Positions 1 to 8,928 are shown, counted from the first letter of the stretch. The stretch is DNA of 59,854 nucleotides from a virus (IMGVR_UViG_3300005512_000033:1-59854); one strand, 5' to 3'. Notes: generated by a model from the letters alone, not told the origin. Numbers and translations are program-made.

Positions 1-165
1 AGCTGCGAAGCCTGATAATTTTGTTTCTTCTTCGAAACTTCTTTCTGATGATTCTGTTTCGTAGATTTCTTTGTGCTCTTCACCATAACGCTGATATTCC
101 ATACCGAATAAAGCATTAAGGCCTGGGAGCAACTCTTTTAATAACTGAGCTCTTGAAATTGCCAT
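1..165 (-). CDS. Major capsid protein, Mu gpT-like family (N-terminal 55 aa; runs off the window edge)
   Basis: Manual translation MAISRAQLLKELLPGLNALFGMEYQRYGEEHKEIYETESSERSFEEETKLSGFAA. AGGAG RBS. Follows the scaffold and decoration genes. N-terminus recognised as typical of aquatic-phage gpT-like capsids. Confidence 0.85.
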   Translation of the reverse strand, partial: MAISRAQLLKELLPGLNALFGMEYQRYGEEHKEIYETESSERSFEEETKLSGFAA

Positions 166-177
166 GGTTTATTCTCC

Positions 178-777
178 TTAAATACCAGTACCGTTAGTGT
201 ACGCATGAGACAATGGGTTAAATTTAACCAATAAGTCTGTATATGTATCACCAACTTCAGATGTTGTTGAGCTTACAAAGTCCACAATTTTAAACGCGAT
301 AGTGTTAGTCACGTCAATAGTTGTTGGATCTGCTGCCATTGTTGAGTTACCTGTTACTGTTGAACCAGCAGTAGGATTCACAACACCAATGTTTGAACCA
401 AGAGAGGCTTGAGCCACTGCTTCGTCAGCTTGGATTTGGAATACAACATCTGGATCATCAATTACATAAGCCACAGCATCGGAAGCTACTGTACCAGTAG
501 GCCAATATTGTGAGAATAATTTTTGTTTTGTGCTTGGGTCTGTGTAAGAACATCCAACGAAAACGCCTAATGTACCAGCTGGAAATGCTGATGCATTTGT
601 TCCAACTTCGTCAACGATTTCTACTGTACCAGCAGCTACAACTGAAACTACTGAGCCATTAAAGATGTTCGCAGCATACCCAGACGCAATTTTTACTAGG
701 CGAGTAGAACCAGCATAAGGCTGACCTCCTACCAAGTTAACGGCCTTAAGACCGTAAGGTGCGGCTGTTGTTGCCAT
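178..777 (-). CDS. Head structural protein (probable capsid decoration/cement)
   Basis: 199 aa, Ala/Gly/Thr/Val-rich, APYGL start, immediately upstream of the capsid gene, AGGAG RBS. Confidence 0.6.
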   Translation of the reverse strand: MATTAAPYGLKAVNLVGGQPYAGSTRLVKIASGYAANIFNGSVVSVVAAGTVEIVDEVGTNASAFPAGTLGVFVGCSYTDPSTKQKLFSQYWPTGTVASDAVAYVIDDPDVVFQIQADEAVAQASLGSNIGVVNPTAGSTVTGNSTMAADPTTIDVTNTIAFKIVDFVSSTTSEVGDTYTDLLVKFNPLSHAYTNGTGI

Positions 778-798
778 AATAATATCTCCTTAAAGATT

Positions 799-1245
799 TT
801 AACCTTTACCAAAAGACTTAGTAGATTTTTTATCAGAGAACAATGGCATACGTGGGTCATTTTCTTTTAGGAAGCTATTATCAACAGCTTGCGCTTGACC
901 TTCTGTCTTTTGTTTATAGTATGCATTTCTTTGATCTACCATTTCTTGTGGCATTTTACAAAGTATCAAACCACCTACTTCAACAGAGTCTTTAAACTGA
1001 CTGTTTGGGTTTGACGTTAATTTAATTTCTGGGTGCTCTGAATGTTTCACAGGTTCCCAGCCTTCACGCATTTTCGAAGAAGCGTTTCTGGCATCAGGTT
1101 CATTAGCAAGAGTGACTCGAACCCATCTATAAGCCCAACCTGGCTGCTTCTTAAACTCTGGGAGCAAAGAAGGCGGTGCCCATTGCTTTGTTCTCATATC
1201 TGTTTCTTCACGAGTTACTGCTTCTCTAGTTTTTCTGTTATCCAT
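799..1245 (-). CDS. Conserved head-module protein
   Basis: 148 aa with W-x-PP and YRWVR...EGWEPV motifs typical of the gene between scaffold and capsid in such phages. Confidence 0.65.
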   Translation of the reverse strand: MDNRKTREAVTREETDMRTKQWAPPSLLPEFKKQPGWAYRWVRVTLANEPDARNASSKMREGWEPVKHSEHPEIKLTSNPNSQFKDSVEVGGLILCKMPQEMVDQRNAYYKQKTEGQAQAVDNSFLKENDPRMPLFSDKKSTKSFGKG

Positions 1246-2269
1246 TTGCGTTCTCCGTTTTTAAAAGTTCTTTTGCATATTGCTCTGGTGTTAGCTTAAA
1301 TTTCTTAGCTAAAGCTAACTGTGTTTTAGTCAATCTCACTTTTTTAGGTGCGGTCGACCGAGTTGCAGGAGCAACAACAGTAGAAGGTTTTTTAGTGCGT
1401 TGGGCAGGTTGTCCTTCCAACGATTCTTCAGCGTCCCCAAAATGATCTGGAAACAATTTATGCATCGTATCATCTATACGACGGTAATATTGGTCAGATG
1501 TTGGGTCTATACCCTCACTAACAAGTTCATCATGCAACCCCAAAGCTGTGGCAGTCATCACTTTGTTTCTGCCAAACCAGGCATTATTTTCTTGCCATGC
1601 AGCGGCTTTTGAGTCTGGTTTTGGTGCTTGAGGTGTAAAATTTTGCTGTTGTGCTATTTGTACACTATTTTGTTCCTCTTGTAAAGTATTATATTGAGGT
1701 TTCATGCCCATAGCGTTCTGTAATTTGAACTGAGCTTCGTTTAGTTTACTTTGAGCTTCAACAATCTTATCTGGGTCTCCTGAATCATATGCCTCACGGT
1801 ATTCGCGTTTAGCATAATTAACGTCGGACTCATACTTTTCTTTTAATGTTTTAAGATAATCTTCTTCACCAGTAGATAAAGTTTTCTTTAGTTTTTGGTT
1901 CTCACTAATAATACTTTGAGCATACTTAACTGCTTCTGCTCTTTCTCTATCTAGTGCTTCTTTTGCACGTCTTTCGTCGTGCCAAGCTTTTTTCAACTGA
2001 GCCATTCTTTCTTTGACTCGTGATGAATAGTCTTCCAGATTATCTTCTTCTAATTCTTGTTTTACTTTATCTGGTAGTGGGTCACGTCCCCTGTCTTCTG
2101 GAGGAGTATCATCTTCCTCTTCAATCTCAAATTCAGGTTCTGATTTAGCTTCTTTTTTAGCTTCTACAGCTTCTTCATAATCAGCTTTATCTTCAGATGA
2201 TTCAAGTTCAACTTCCGTTGTTTCCTCTTCTTCAAGTTCTGCTGGTATTTCATTAATTATATTTGCCAT
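1238..2269 (-). CDS. Prohead scaffolding protein
   Basis: Acidic N-terminus, long coiled coil, C-terminal LT..Q..LA..F.LTPEQYAK helix. Lies between portal and capsid. Confidence 0.75.
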   Translation of the reverse strand: MANIINEIPAELEEEETTEVELESSEDKADYEEAVEAKKEAKSEPEFEIEEEDDTPPEDRGRDPLPDKVKQELEEDNLEDYSSRVKERMAQLKKAWHDERRAKEALDRERAEAVKYAQSIISENQKLKKTLSTGEEDYLKTLKEKYESDVNYAKREYREAYDSGDPDKIVEAQSKLNEAQFKLQNAMGMKPQYNTLQEEQNSVQIAQQQNFTPQAPKPDSKAAAWQENNAWFGRNKVMTATALGLHDELVSEGIDPTSDQYYRRIDDTMHKLFPDHFGDAEESLEGQPAQRTKKPSTVVAPATRSTAPKKVRLTKTQLALAKKFKLTPEQYAKELLKTENANG

Positions 2270-2280
2270 ACTTTAACTCC

Positions 2281-2697
2281 TTATGCGCGTTCGTATCCGC
2301 GTGGGTCATCGACCACTGCTTCAACGGTATCGTCGTTAATAATGCGAAACTCTTTACCATGTATTTTGATACGAGTTCCAGAATATGCCCTAGTAATAAC
2401 GAAGTCACCTTCTTTACACCAAGGTCCTGTAGGAAATCTGTCTTTGTCTGCATAAGCCATATCTCCTAATTTAATAACAAATAAAACCACAGTTGAATGT
2501 TCTTCAATGTGTTTGGTTGTACCTGCTTTAATTATCCCACTCTCATACGCTTCATCAACGCTAGGCACTGCACATAAAATGCGGTAGCCTCTGACTTCTG
2601 GTAGTTGTGTGGGTTTTTGTTGTGGTTCTTCGTCGGCTTTAATGTTCTTGCCCTTGAAGTCTACAATAGTTTTATTTGGCGTAATGATCTCACTCAT
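2281..2697 (-). CDS. groES: GroES-like co-chaperonin (Cpn10)
   Basis: GYRIL...ESGII...VIKLG...KEGDFV...YSGTRIK..GKEFRIINDDTVEAVV matches the Cpn10 pattern. Start moved to the ATG 6 nt after GGAGG. Confidence 0.85.
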   Translation of the reverse strand: MSEIITPNKTIVDFKGKNIKADEEPQQKPTQLPEVRGYRILCAVPSVDEAYESGIIKAGTTKHIEEHSTVVLFVIKLGDMAYADKDRFPTGPWCKEGDFVITRAYSGTRIKIHGKEFRIINDDTVEAVVDDPRGYERA

Positions 2698-2884
2698 CAT
2701 CGTCCTCCATATTTTTTGCAAGGTCTGCAATGTGTCTTTGTGCAATCATGAGACCCCGAATAATGCCTGCACTGTTTTGGTATTGAGCAAAATCTTGAGC
2801 ATGCCCATCACCTAATGATTCTAAAATAATTTTGCGTTCTTCTTCTATCTTTTCAGCTAAAAGTTTTAACGTTCCATCTATCAT
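2690..2884 (-). CDS. Small conserved protein downstream of portal
   Basis: 64 aa, G...DF..Y....G.IRGL motif, GGAG RBS. Confidence 0.65.
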   Translation of the reverse strand: MIDGTLKLLAEKIEEERKIILESLGDGHAQDFAQYQNSAGIIRGLMIAQRHIADLAKNMEDDDE

Positions 2885-2887
2885 TTA

Positions 2888-5338
2888 CTACTCCTTCCGT
2901 GTATTTTTATTTTTTACTGCGTCAACTCCTATTTTAGTTCCTGCGATTAATTCTTGTGATTCTATCTTTCTGTTATCCATCACTGCATTAGCGCCAATCT
3001 TAGCACCAGCAATTCTTTCTTCAGATTCTAGTTTTATCTTCTCTAATTCAAGTTTAGCTTGATCTAATGCTGTATCTGCTTGCATCTTCTGAGCTTTTGT
3101 TTGAGCTTCGAGTTCCTTAATTTGCAACTCTTTTTGTTGCATTTGCAAGATAGGGTCTTGTTGTTTCTGCATGATCTCTTGTGCTTGAGCTTCTTGTATA
3201 TCTTTTTGTAGTAACTGCTGTGCTCCTTTTGCAACAACTCTTGATAGATCAAGTTCGACTGATTCGTCCATTTCCTCGTTAGGTGCTGGTAGTGGTACAC
3301 CTACTTGGTTTTCTATTTCTTTTCTGTATTGGAAAGCTAAATGTTCTGCTATGTGTGCTTCCATAGTTGCTTGTAATACTTGTGCATTTGGGCTTTGTCC
3401 AACCATTTGTTTTAGTTTTGGATCATTCATAAATGCCATATGTGTTGTGATATGTGCTTCATGATCTTGGTATATAAATGCTTTAACAGGTTTACTGTTA
3501 AGTATATTCATGTTTTCTGATACAGGGTCTTGAGGCTTAGCCTTATCAGATTGTGGAATTAGTTTATCTATATTCTTAACCCCTAATACTTCTAACATTT
3601 GTTTATTAAGTTCAACCATGTCATAAATCTGTGGGTTAGCTTGTGCTAACTGCACAACAGCTTGATATTGAACAACTTTCTGTGACATAGTTGCTGCGTT
3701 AGGATCAGACACAGGTATGACTTCTACCGTATCATAATCAGCTTGCTTAACTCTTTTACTTCCGTCAGCAGGTTCATATGTATATGATGCGTCTGTAAAG
3801 TCACGTATAATACCTTTTAAGAGTTTAAACTCTTGTTTCATTGCATAGTGAATACGAGCTTGTACAGCTGACATAACTTTAAGTGTACGTTCTAGAATAG
3901 CTAGTGTAGTACCAACTGGAGCGTTAGCTGACATATCAGATACTTTTAAATCAGCCGCTGAAGCAAATCTTCTTCCTTCATCAATGATCTGGTTCATCAA
4001 CTGATTTAAAACTTGGCTTGGCTCTTTATAAGGTAGAGCCATAATATTGTCACGGATAGTACCAGAAGGTACATCCACATCACGGAATTCTGCAGGAGCT
4101 ATTGGGGTTTCATCTCCTTTAATTCTAAGACCTCGTGATTTGAAACCACCAGGAAGGTTAGATAATGTACCCGCGTCTACCAATTGTCTTAATAGCATTG
4201 TGCCTGATTTTGCAAACGCGCCTATTAAATGAATCAAACCAAAACAGTAGAAACCAAATCCTGGCACATATCCATAATGTACAAAGTGTTGACGTTTCTG
4301 TTTAGTCTTATCATCTGGGTTCCAGTTACGTCTAATAGATAAAACTTCTTGTGTTGATCTTTCAATAGTTACAACATAAGGTAATGCAATTCCTGTTTTC
4401 TTACCGTCGTCTTCATCTTCGTAACCTTCTAAGTCTAAGTCAACGTGCATTTCTAAAATCTTAAACCTATTATCAGTTGTTGCATTGAATCCCATCTTTT
4501 CTGCAATCTTCTTTTCAACTTCTTCTAAGTTATGTGATGGTTCACCTAATTCAATATCACGGTAAAAACCTGCAACTTGTAGTTTACGTAATTCATTCGC
4601 TGTCTTACGCATTACATGTGTAACTCGTTCTGCTGATTCTAAATCTGAAGCACCATAAGGCACAACTAAATCTTCAGCAGGAATATACATAGAAACCTGA
4701 CGGTCTAGTGATGGATCAAAATAAACTTTTTTAAATGCGTTACCAGCTAAACCTAAACCCCATAACATACGCTCATGTTCAGGTCTGTACTCAGGCATTT
4801 TCTGTGTAAGCTGATAATTCATGTCGTCTTGTACACGTTTAGCAGCTTCTTCTTTCTCTTCTGTAAGGTCACCAATGATTTGTGTTTTGACTGGACCGGC
4901 AGCTGGGAATGTTTCGGTCATTGTTTCTGCTTGGAACTTAACTAGAGTTTCTGTCATGAGTGGGTGAAATACATTACATGCTCCTTCCCATGGTTCTGAT
5001 CTGTCTTCTAATTTAAGACCTAATAAATCTAAACCGTCAACGTAAGTATCTAACCAATCACGACGTGCTGATAAGTCGCTCTCATAATCTTCTAATAATT
5101 CATCAGCTAGTTTTGCTAAAGAATCTTCGTCTATCTCTTCTGCTAAGTTTTTACCAAAATCATCTTCGTCATCATCTGGGTCTATTTCAATCTCCATACC
5201 ACCTGCTCTAATGGTAACTTCTTCTGGGTCTTCGATTTCAATTTCAAGATCAGGCTCCATGCTAGCCATGTCTTTCATCATATCATCAATACCCATAGGT
5301 GCTTGAGCTATTCCCTTATCTATATCATTCGCTGCCAT
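2888..5338 (-). CDS. Portal protein
   Basis: 816 aa directly after TerL, with PWEGA..VFHP, GNAFKKVYFD and FYCFGL motifs and a Q-rich coiled-coil C-terminus. Confidence 0.9.
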   Translation of the reverse strand: MAANDIDKGIAQAPMGIDDMMKDMASMEPDLEIEIEDPEEVTIRAGGMEIEIDPDDDEDDFGKNLAEEIDEDSLAKLADELLEDYESDLSARRDWLDTYVDGLDLLGLKLEDRSEPWEGACNVFHPLMTETLVKFQAETMTETFPAAGPVKTQIIGDLTEEKEEAAKRVQDDMNYQLTQKMPEYRPEHERMLWGLGLAGNAFKKVYFDPSLDRQVSMYIPAEDLVVPYGASDLESAERVTHVMRKTANELRKLQVAGFYRDIELGEPSHNLEEVEKKIAEKMGFNATTDNRFKILEMHVDLDLEGYEDEDDGKKTGIALPYVVTIERSTQEVLSIRRNWNPDDKTKQKRQHFVHYGYVPGFGFYCFGLIHLIGAFAKSGTMLLRQLVDAGTLSNLPGGFKSRGLRIKGDETPIAPAEFRDVDVPSGTIRDNIMALPYKEPSQVLNQLMNQIIDEGRRFASAADLKVSDMSANAPVGTTLAILERTLKVMSAVQARIHYAMKQEFKLLKGIIRDFTDASYTYEPADGSKRVKQADYDTVEVIPVSDPNAATMSQKVVQYQAVVQLAQANPQIYDMVELNKQMLEVLGVKNIDKLIPQSDKAKPQDPVSENMNILNSKPVKAFIYQDHEAHITTHMAFMNDPKLKQMVGQSPNAQVLQATMEAHIAEHLAFQYRKEIENQVGVPLPAPNEEMDESVELDLSRVVAKGAQQLLQKDIQEAQAQEIMQKQQDPILQMQQKELQIKELEAQTKAQKMQADTALDQAKLELEKIKLESEERIAGAKIGANAVMDNRKIESQELIAGTKIGVDAVKNKNTRKE

Positions 5339-5422
5339 AGTTAGTTCCTAAAAAGTTTTCCTATTTGTATTAAAATTAAATTCAGTAGTATTAAAAGTAT
5401 TAGGTGTAAAGTCTTAAAAAAT

Positions 5423-6952
5423 TTATACAGCATATAAACGCTTTTGAGCAGAACTCCTAAAACCAGGTATATCATCTTCTTCATCACTTGGTAACCTTAT
5501 AAACCCACCTTGTCTAAAACGCATTAAAGCTAACGTCGTTGCGTCAACTAAGTCATCATTGGCACCTGAAGGAAAGTCGTTACACTCTTCTATAACTTCA
5601 TTTGCCCATCTATGTTCTGGAGCCCAGACAATACCTGAACTAAATAAATCAGATATAGCATTGACTCGACTGATCTTGTCCTGACCTTTTCCTGGGGTAA
5701 ATTCTCCAACGGGTATACCCATCCTTCTGAACTCTTGGTAAAGTGCAGCCCCGTTAGATTTTTTTTCAACAACAAAGGAGTCAGGTTCCCAATCTCTATA
5801 TTCTTCTATGCAAAGCTGCTTTAGCTCTGGGAATTCTAGACGTTTCTTAATTGCATTCAATAGTATTATATTATAATTATTGGTTTCTTCGTTAAAAAAT
5901 ACTCCCCAAGTAGTTAAGGCATTATAGTCTGACCTATTATTAGCCTCTTGAGCAGCATCCAATGTCATAATAACGAACTCACATGACGGTGGATTATCTT
6001 CTTCCCATATGTTCCACCACTCTCTTTTTATCAATGCACCTTCTTCTGATACTGGATTTTGCATATACTGAGCGTTCCAATATCTAACATCTAGTGCAGC
6101 ACGTCTAGCTCTTAATTCTTCCAATGACCAGAACTCTGGCCAAAGCGGTACTTCTTCACCTTTTTTAGTTTCTAGTATGGCTGGGAACTCCACTACCTCC
6201 CAATCATCTACTTCATCATTCTTAACCATCTGGTTAACTATCTGTCCTGTGAGGTCTAGCTTAGACCACCGTGTCATAACGACAATGATTGCTCCTCCAG
6301 GCATGAGACGCTGCAAGGGACCCGATTGAAACCATTCCCAGGCTGGTAAGAATACGTCTGGCTTTCCGAGTTTTGCATCTTGTTCTGAGTGAGGGTCGTC
6401 GATGATAAAGAGGTCAGCCCCGCGTCCAGCAAGAGCGCCGCCCACACCAATGGCAAAATACTCACCATTATAATTAGTACCCCATCGCGAAGCCGACTTA
6501 GAGTCTGCTTGGAGCTCAATCTCTGGAAACACATCTTTGTATGAGTCACTACCCACGAGGTTACGGACTCTACGACCAAAATTAACTGCAAGGTCAGCTG
6601 TATGCGATGCCATGATAACCTTCTTAGCCGGGTGCTTACCCAAAAACCACGCGGGAGCGAGGTACGAGATGAGTTCACTCTTTCCATGTCGAGGAGCAAT
6701 ATTGACAATAATGCGTTTTTTCTTTCCGTTAGCGATGTCTTCAAAGAGTTGAGCCAGCCGTCTATGATGTTCTCCTATAATATAGTTTGGGTATACATGT
6801 TTAATAAAGTCTAAGAACCTTTTTGCTCCGCGTTCCTTAGTTATTTCTTTTTTATATTCTGTTAATAGCTTTAAATTACGTTGCCTTTCTTTTTCAGACA
6901 TCGTTGGTAGTGCTTGTTCTAGTAAATCAAGGTCTTTTTTACTGATCGTCAT
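5423..6952 (-). CDS. terL: Terminase large subunit
   Basis: Walker A APRHGKS, Walker B IIDDP, VMTRW coupling motif, RNase H acidic motifs (LDAA, VEKK, DDLVDA). Confidence 0.96.
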   Translation of the reverse strand: MTISKKDLDLLEQALPTMSEKERQRNLKLLTEYKKEITKERGAKRFLDFIKHVYPNYIIGEHHRRLAQLFEDIANGKKKRIIVNIAPRHGKSELISYLAPAWFLGKHPAKKVIMASHTADLAVNFGRRVRNLVGSDSYKDVFPEIELQADSKSASRWGTNYNGEYFAIGVGGALAGRGADLFIIDDPHSEQDAKLGKPDVFLPAWEWFQSGPLQRLMPGGAIIVVMTRWSKLDLTGQIVNQMVKNDEVDDWEVVEFPAILETKKGEEVPLWPEFWSLEELRARRAALDVRYWNAQYMQNPVSEEGALIKREWWNIWEEDNPPSCEFVIMTLDAAQEANNRSDYNALTTWGVFFNEETNNYNIILLNAIKKRLEFPELKQLCIEEYRDWEPDSFVVEKKSNGAALYQEFRRMGIPVGEFTPGKGQDKISRVNAISDLFSSGIVWAPEHRWANEVIEECNDFPSGANDDLVDATTLALMRFRQGGFIRLPSDEEDDIPGFRSSAQKRLYAV

Positions 6953-7508
6953 CGTCTTCTATCACTTCGCCTTCAACTACCTTACCTTTTAGCTCTTCAA
7001 TCGTCTTTTTCAGCTCTTCTTCAAGCTCTTTACCTGATTTAGTGACATGTGTAACCTCTGTTTTCTTCTTAAATGCGTCTACTCCGTCTATTTCACCTAT
7101 TCTAGACCATGCTGAGATACGTTCACGGGCTGATTTAGCCGTTGCTGCCTCTTGTAATAGTCCATTTAGCACTGATAACTTAATATCTGCTAGGTCTTTT
7201 ACTACCATATGGCTGGTTGACGCTACTAACCCTGTCAAAAATGCTATAGTTTCGTTAGGATAGTTGTCAAACTCGTGTTTTAGGTCTCTATCAGTCATCA
7301 TTTCCTTAGCCATTTTAGTAGCTTCATCAACTTGATCCTTAGTTGGCTCAATAGTTTCTCCATTGAGGTCCGCAATCAACTTAATTGTTTTACTTCTAGC
7401 TAATAATTCTTCTTGTGGAGTTAATTCAGGCAAAGCATCTCTAGCTCCTTTAGGTAAAGGAATATTTTCTTCGACTGGAGGTACTATTGGTTCTCTATTT
7501 TCTGTCAT
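6939..7508 (-). CDS. Putative terminase small subunit
   Basis: Helical ~189 aa ORF overlapping the terL start. Start reassigned to MTENREP (7508) because promoter-like sequence occupies the upstream extension. Confidence 0.6.
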   Translation of the reverse strand: MTENREPIVPPVEENIPLPKGARDALPELTPQEELLARSKTIKLIADLNGETIEPTKDQVDEATKMAKEMMTDRDLKHEFDNYPNETIAFLTGLVASTSHMVVKDLADIKLSVLNGLLQEAATAKSARERISAWSRIGEIDGVDAFKKKTEVTHVTKSGKELEEELKKTIEELKGKVVEGEVIEDDDDQ

Positions 7509-7549
7509 GTGTCGCTGTTTACACCTTGAAATTGCAGCTAATAAATTGA

Positions 7550-7581
7550 ATTGTAACATAATATATAAAAAAGGGTATAAT
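7550..7581. promoter_or_regulatory. Back-to-back sigma70-like -10 elements
   Basis: Minus strand TGtTACAAT (7550-7558) points toward terS. Plus strand TATAAT (7576-7581) lies 6 nt before ATG 7588. Confidence 0.5.
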
Positions 7582-7587
7582 GTTAAA

Positions 7588-7788
7588 ATGTTTGAGTGGG
7601 TTCTATATCTGTATTTAGATAATGATCGACAGTACATAGGTAACTTCGAATCCTGTGCCCATGCTCATCAATATTTTCAAGAATGCGTACAAGGTGAACT
7701 TAAACAATGGTCAACCGCTTGCATTCATCAAGACTATTTATATTTACCAGAAGGCTTCACCCCAGTACAACCAACAACATGTCTATAG
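7588..7788 (+). CDS. Hypothetical Cys-containing protein, possibly leaderless
   Basis: C-terminal 66 aa of ORF 7363-7788 starting MFEWVLYL. No SD visible. Confidence 0.55.
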   Translation: MFEWVLYLYLDNDRQYIGNFESCAHAHQYFQECVQGELKQWSTACIHQDYLYLPEGFTPVQPTTCL

Positions 7789-7846
7789 AATGGAAAGATA
7801 CAGAATTTGGTCCAGTCAACCTATGGTCTTTAGGTAGGGCTCGTTC

Positions 7847-7996
7847 GTGAGTTGGTATTTAATAGTTGCAGTTGGGTTAATTTATTTTGCTGTTAGTGTT
7901 GAACAGTTTCTAAAAGGTAATGCTGCGTTAGGTTATATGTATTTTGGTTATGCTTTTGCAAACATTGGTGCTTATATGCTGGTGATGGAAAAATGA
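7847..7996 (+). CDS. Small two-TM membrane protein
   Basis: Manual translation (GTG start) MSWYLIVAVGLIYFAVSVEQFLKGNAALGYMYFGYAFANIGAYMLVMEK. ATGA overlap with the next gene. Confidence 0.7.
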   Translation: MSWYLIVAVGLIYFAVSVEQFLKGNAALGYMYFGYAFANIGAYMLVMEK

Positions 7997-8337
7997 CTCT
8001 ACTCACAGACGAAAACTTGAAACTCTTATATAAGACCTTCTGTCGTATGGAACCATTTAATAAACTTAATATGCCTCATGCACACCAAATCAAACTTAAG
8101 GTTACTCGACGCAAAGATATTATGGGAGAGTTTGCCCCTGAAGAAAATACTATCTATATTAGTAGTGCTCGCAATGCTCACTTCGACACAATCTGCAAGA
8201 CACTTCTACATGAGATGGCTCACTTATCCGTGTACAAACAACGAGATGAAGAATACCACAGCCATGACAACAAACGTTTTAAAAGCATCATCAGACATAT
8301 TGCCTCCTTGTATGGGTTTGACCCCAAAGAGTTGTAG
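7993..8337 (+). CDS. SprT-like zinc metallopeptidase
   Basis: TLLHEMAH zincin motif plus downstream His (YHSH...F). Confidence 0.75.
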   Translation: MTLLTDENLKLLYKTFCRMEPFNKLNMPHAHQIKLKVTRRKDIMGEFAPEENTIYISSARNAHFDTICKTLLHEMAHLSVYKQRDEEYHSHDNKRFKSIIRHIASLYGFDPKEL

Positions 8338-8538
8338 TTAACCAAAGTACTTTTTAATAATATCTAAATGGTCCTGGTACCTGGCTATTTCGTCTAGCTC
8401 TTTCTCCACAGCTTCAACGATGTCACTATGTTCTCCTATTCCTACAGGACTTGTCAAGTATATTTCAACATTAATTCTATGTTTTTCAATATGACCAAGG
8501 GCGTGCTTTTCTAACGCTGTTAATAACTTTTCTCGCAT
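8338..8538 (-). CDS. Conserved small phage protein (PVGIGEHSDI family)
   Basis: 66 aa, NVEIYL..PVGIGEHSDI motif familiar from aquatic phages, AGGAG RBS. Confidence 0.75.
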   Translation of the reverse strand: MREKLLTALEKHALGHIEKHRINVEIYLTSPVGIGEHSDIVEAVEKELDEIARYQDHLDIIKKYFG

Positions 8539-8607
8539 AATGTTCTCCTAGTAAAAGGCTAGGTTACCACACATCATTTAACAAAGCAGAAACGAGAATC
8601 ACTCTCA

Positions 8608-8637
8608 AATAAAAAGCCCGGCGAGAGAAACCGGGCT
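8608..8637 (-). terminator. Intrinsic terminator
   Basis: AGCCCGG-tttctctcg-CCGGGCT followed by TTTTATTT on the minus strand. Confidence 0.8.
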
Positions 8638-8706
8638 GTGTTACTAACTTTATAGGAATCAGTAAGGATCGAGAGGAGAGAGTAAGTAAGGAACCCTCAC
8701 TGACCT
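8608..8706 (-). ncRNA. Candidate trans-acting antisense sRNA
   Basis: Promoter at 8713-8740. 12-bp stem (8692-8703 with 8659-8670) with G-U pairs and a 21-nt C/U loop. Linker is complementary to early-gene leaders. Ends in an intrinsic terminator. No plausible ORF. Confidence 0.65.
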
Positions 8707-8712
8707 AATTTC

Positions 8713-8740
8713 ATTATATGCCAAATATTTTATTTTGCAA
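8713..8740 (-). promoter_or_regulatory. Sigma70-like promoter for the sRNA
   Basis: TTGCAA-N16-TATAAT on the minus strand. Confidence 0.7.
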
Positions 8741-8750
8741 CATCTTTTTG

Positions 8751-8896
8751 GGTCCCCTTGACGGGGGGTGTTTGTAAAGTAAGGGGGGTGGGGGGTCTAG
8801 TATTTCAATTTTTGTCTGGTAATTTGTGTAAATCTTAGTGCGTAGCGTAGCGTGGGTCCCATCTGTTGTAATGTGGTTGGTGGGGTATGGGTGGGT
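8751..8896 (+). other. G-tract-rich non-coding segment
   Basis: GGGGGG, GGGGGGTGGGGG and GGGGTATGGGTGGG runs in an otherwise AT-rich genome, at the strand-divergence point. Confidence 0.6.
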
Positions 8897-8899
8897 TAT

Positions 8900-8928
8900 T
8901 TGACATAGGTATTCGGTTTTAGTAAAAA
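8900..8928 (+). promoter_or_regulatory. Early promoter P1
   Basis: TTGACA-N17-TAAAAA. Shares flanks ttatTTGACAtag and gattcatg with P2. Confidence 0.6.

Noticed and set aside
7509-7637. N-terminal extension of the terS ORF (and of plus-strand ORF 7363-7788)
   Set aside because: Overlaps AT-rich promoter-like sequence and the opposite-strand gene, with no RBS at the upstream starts.
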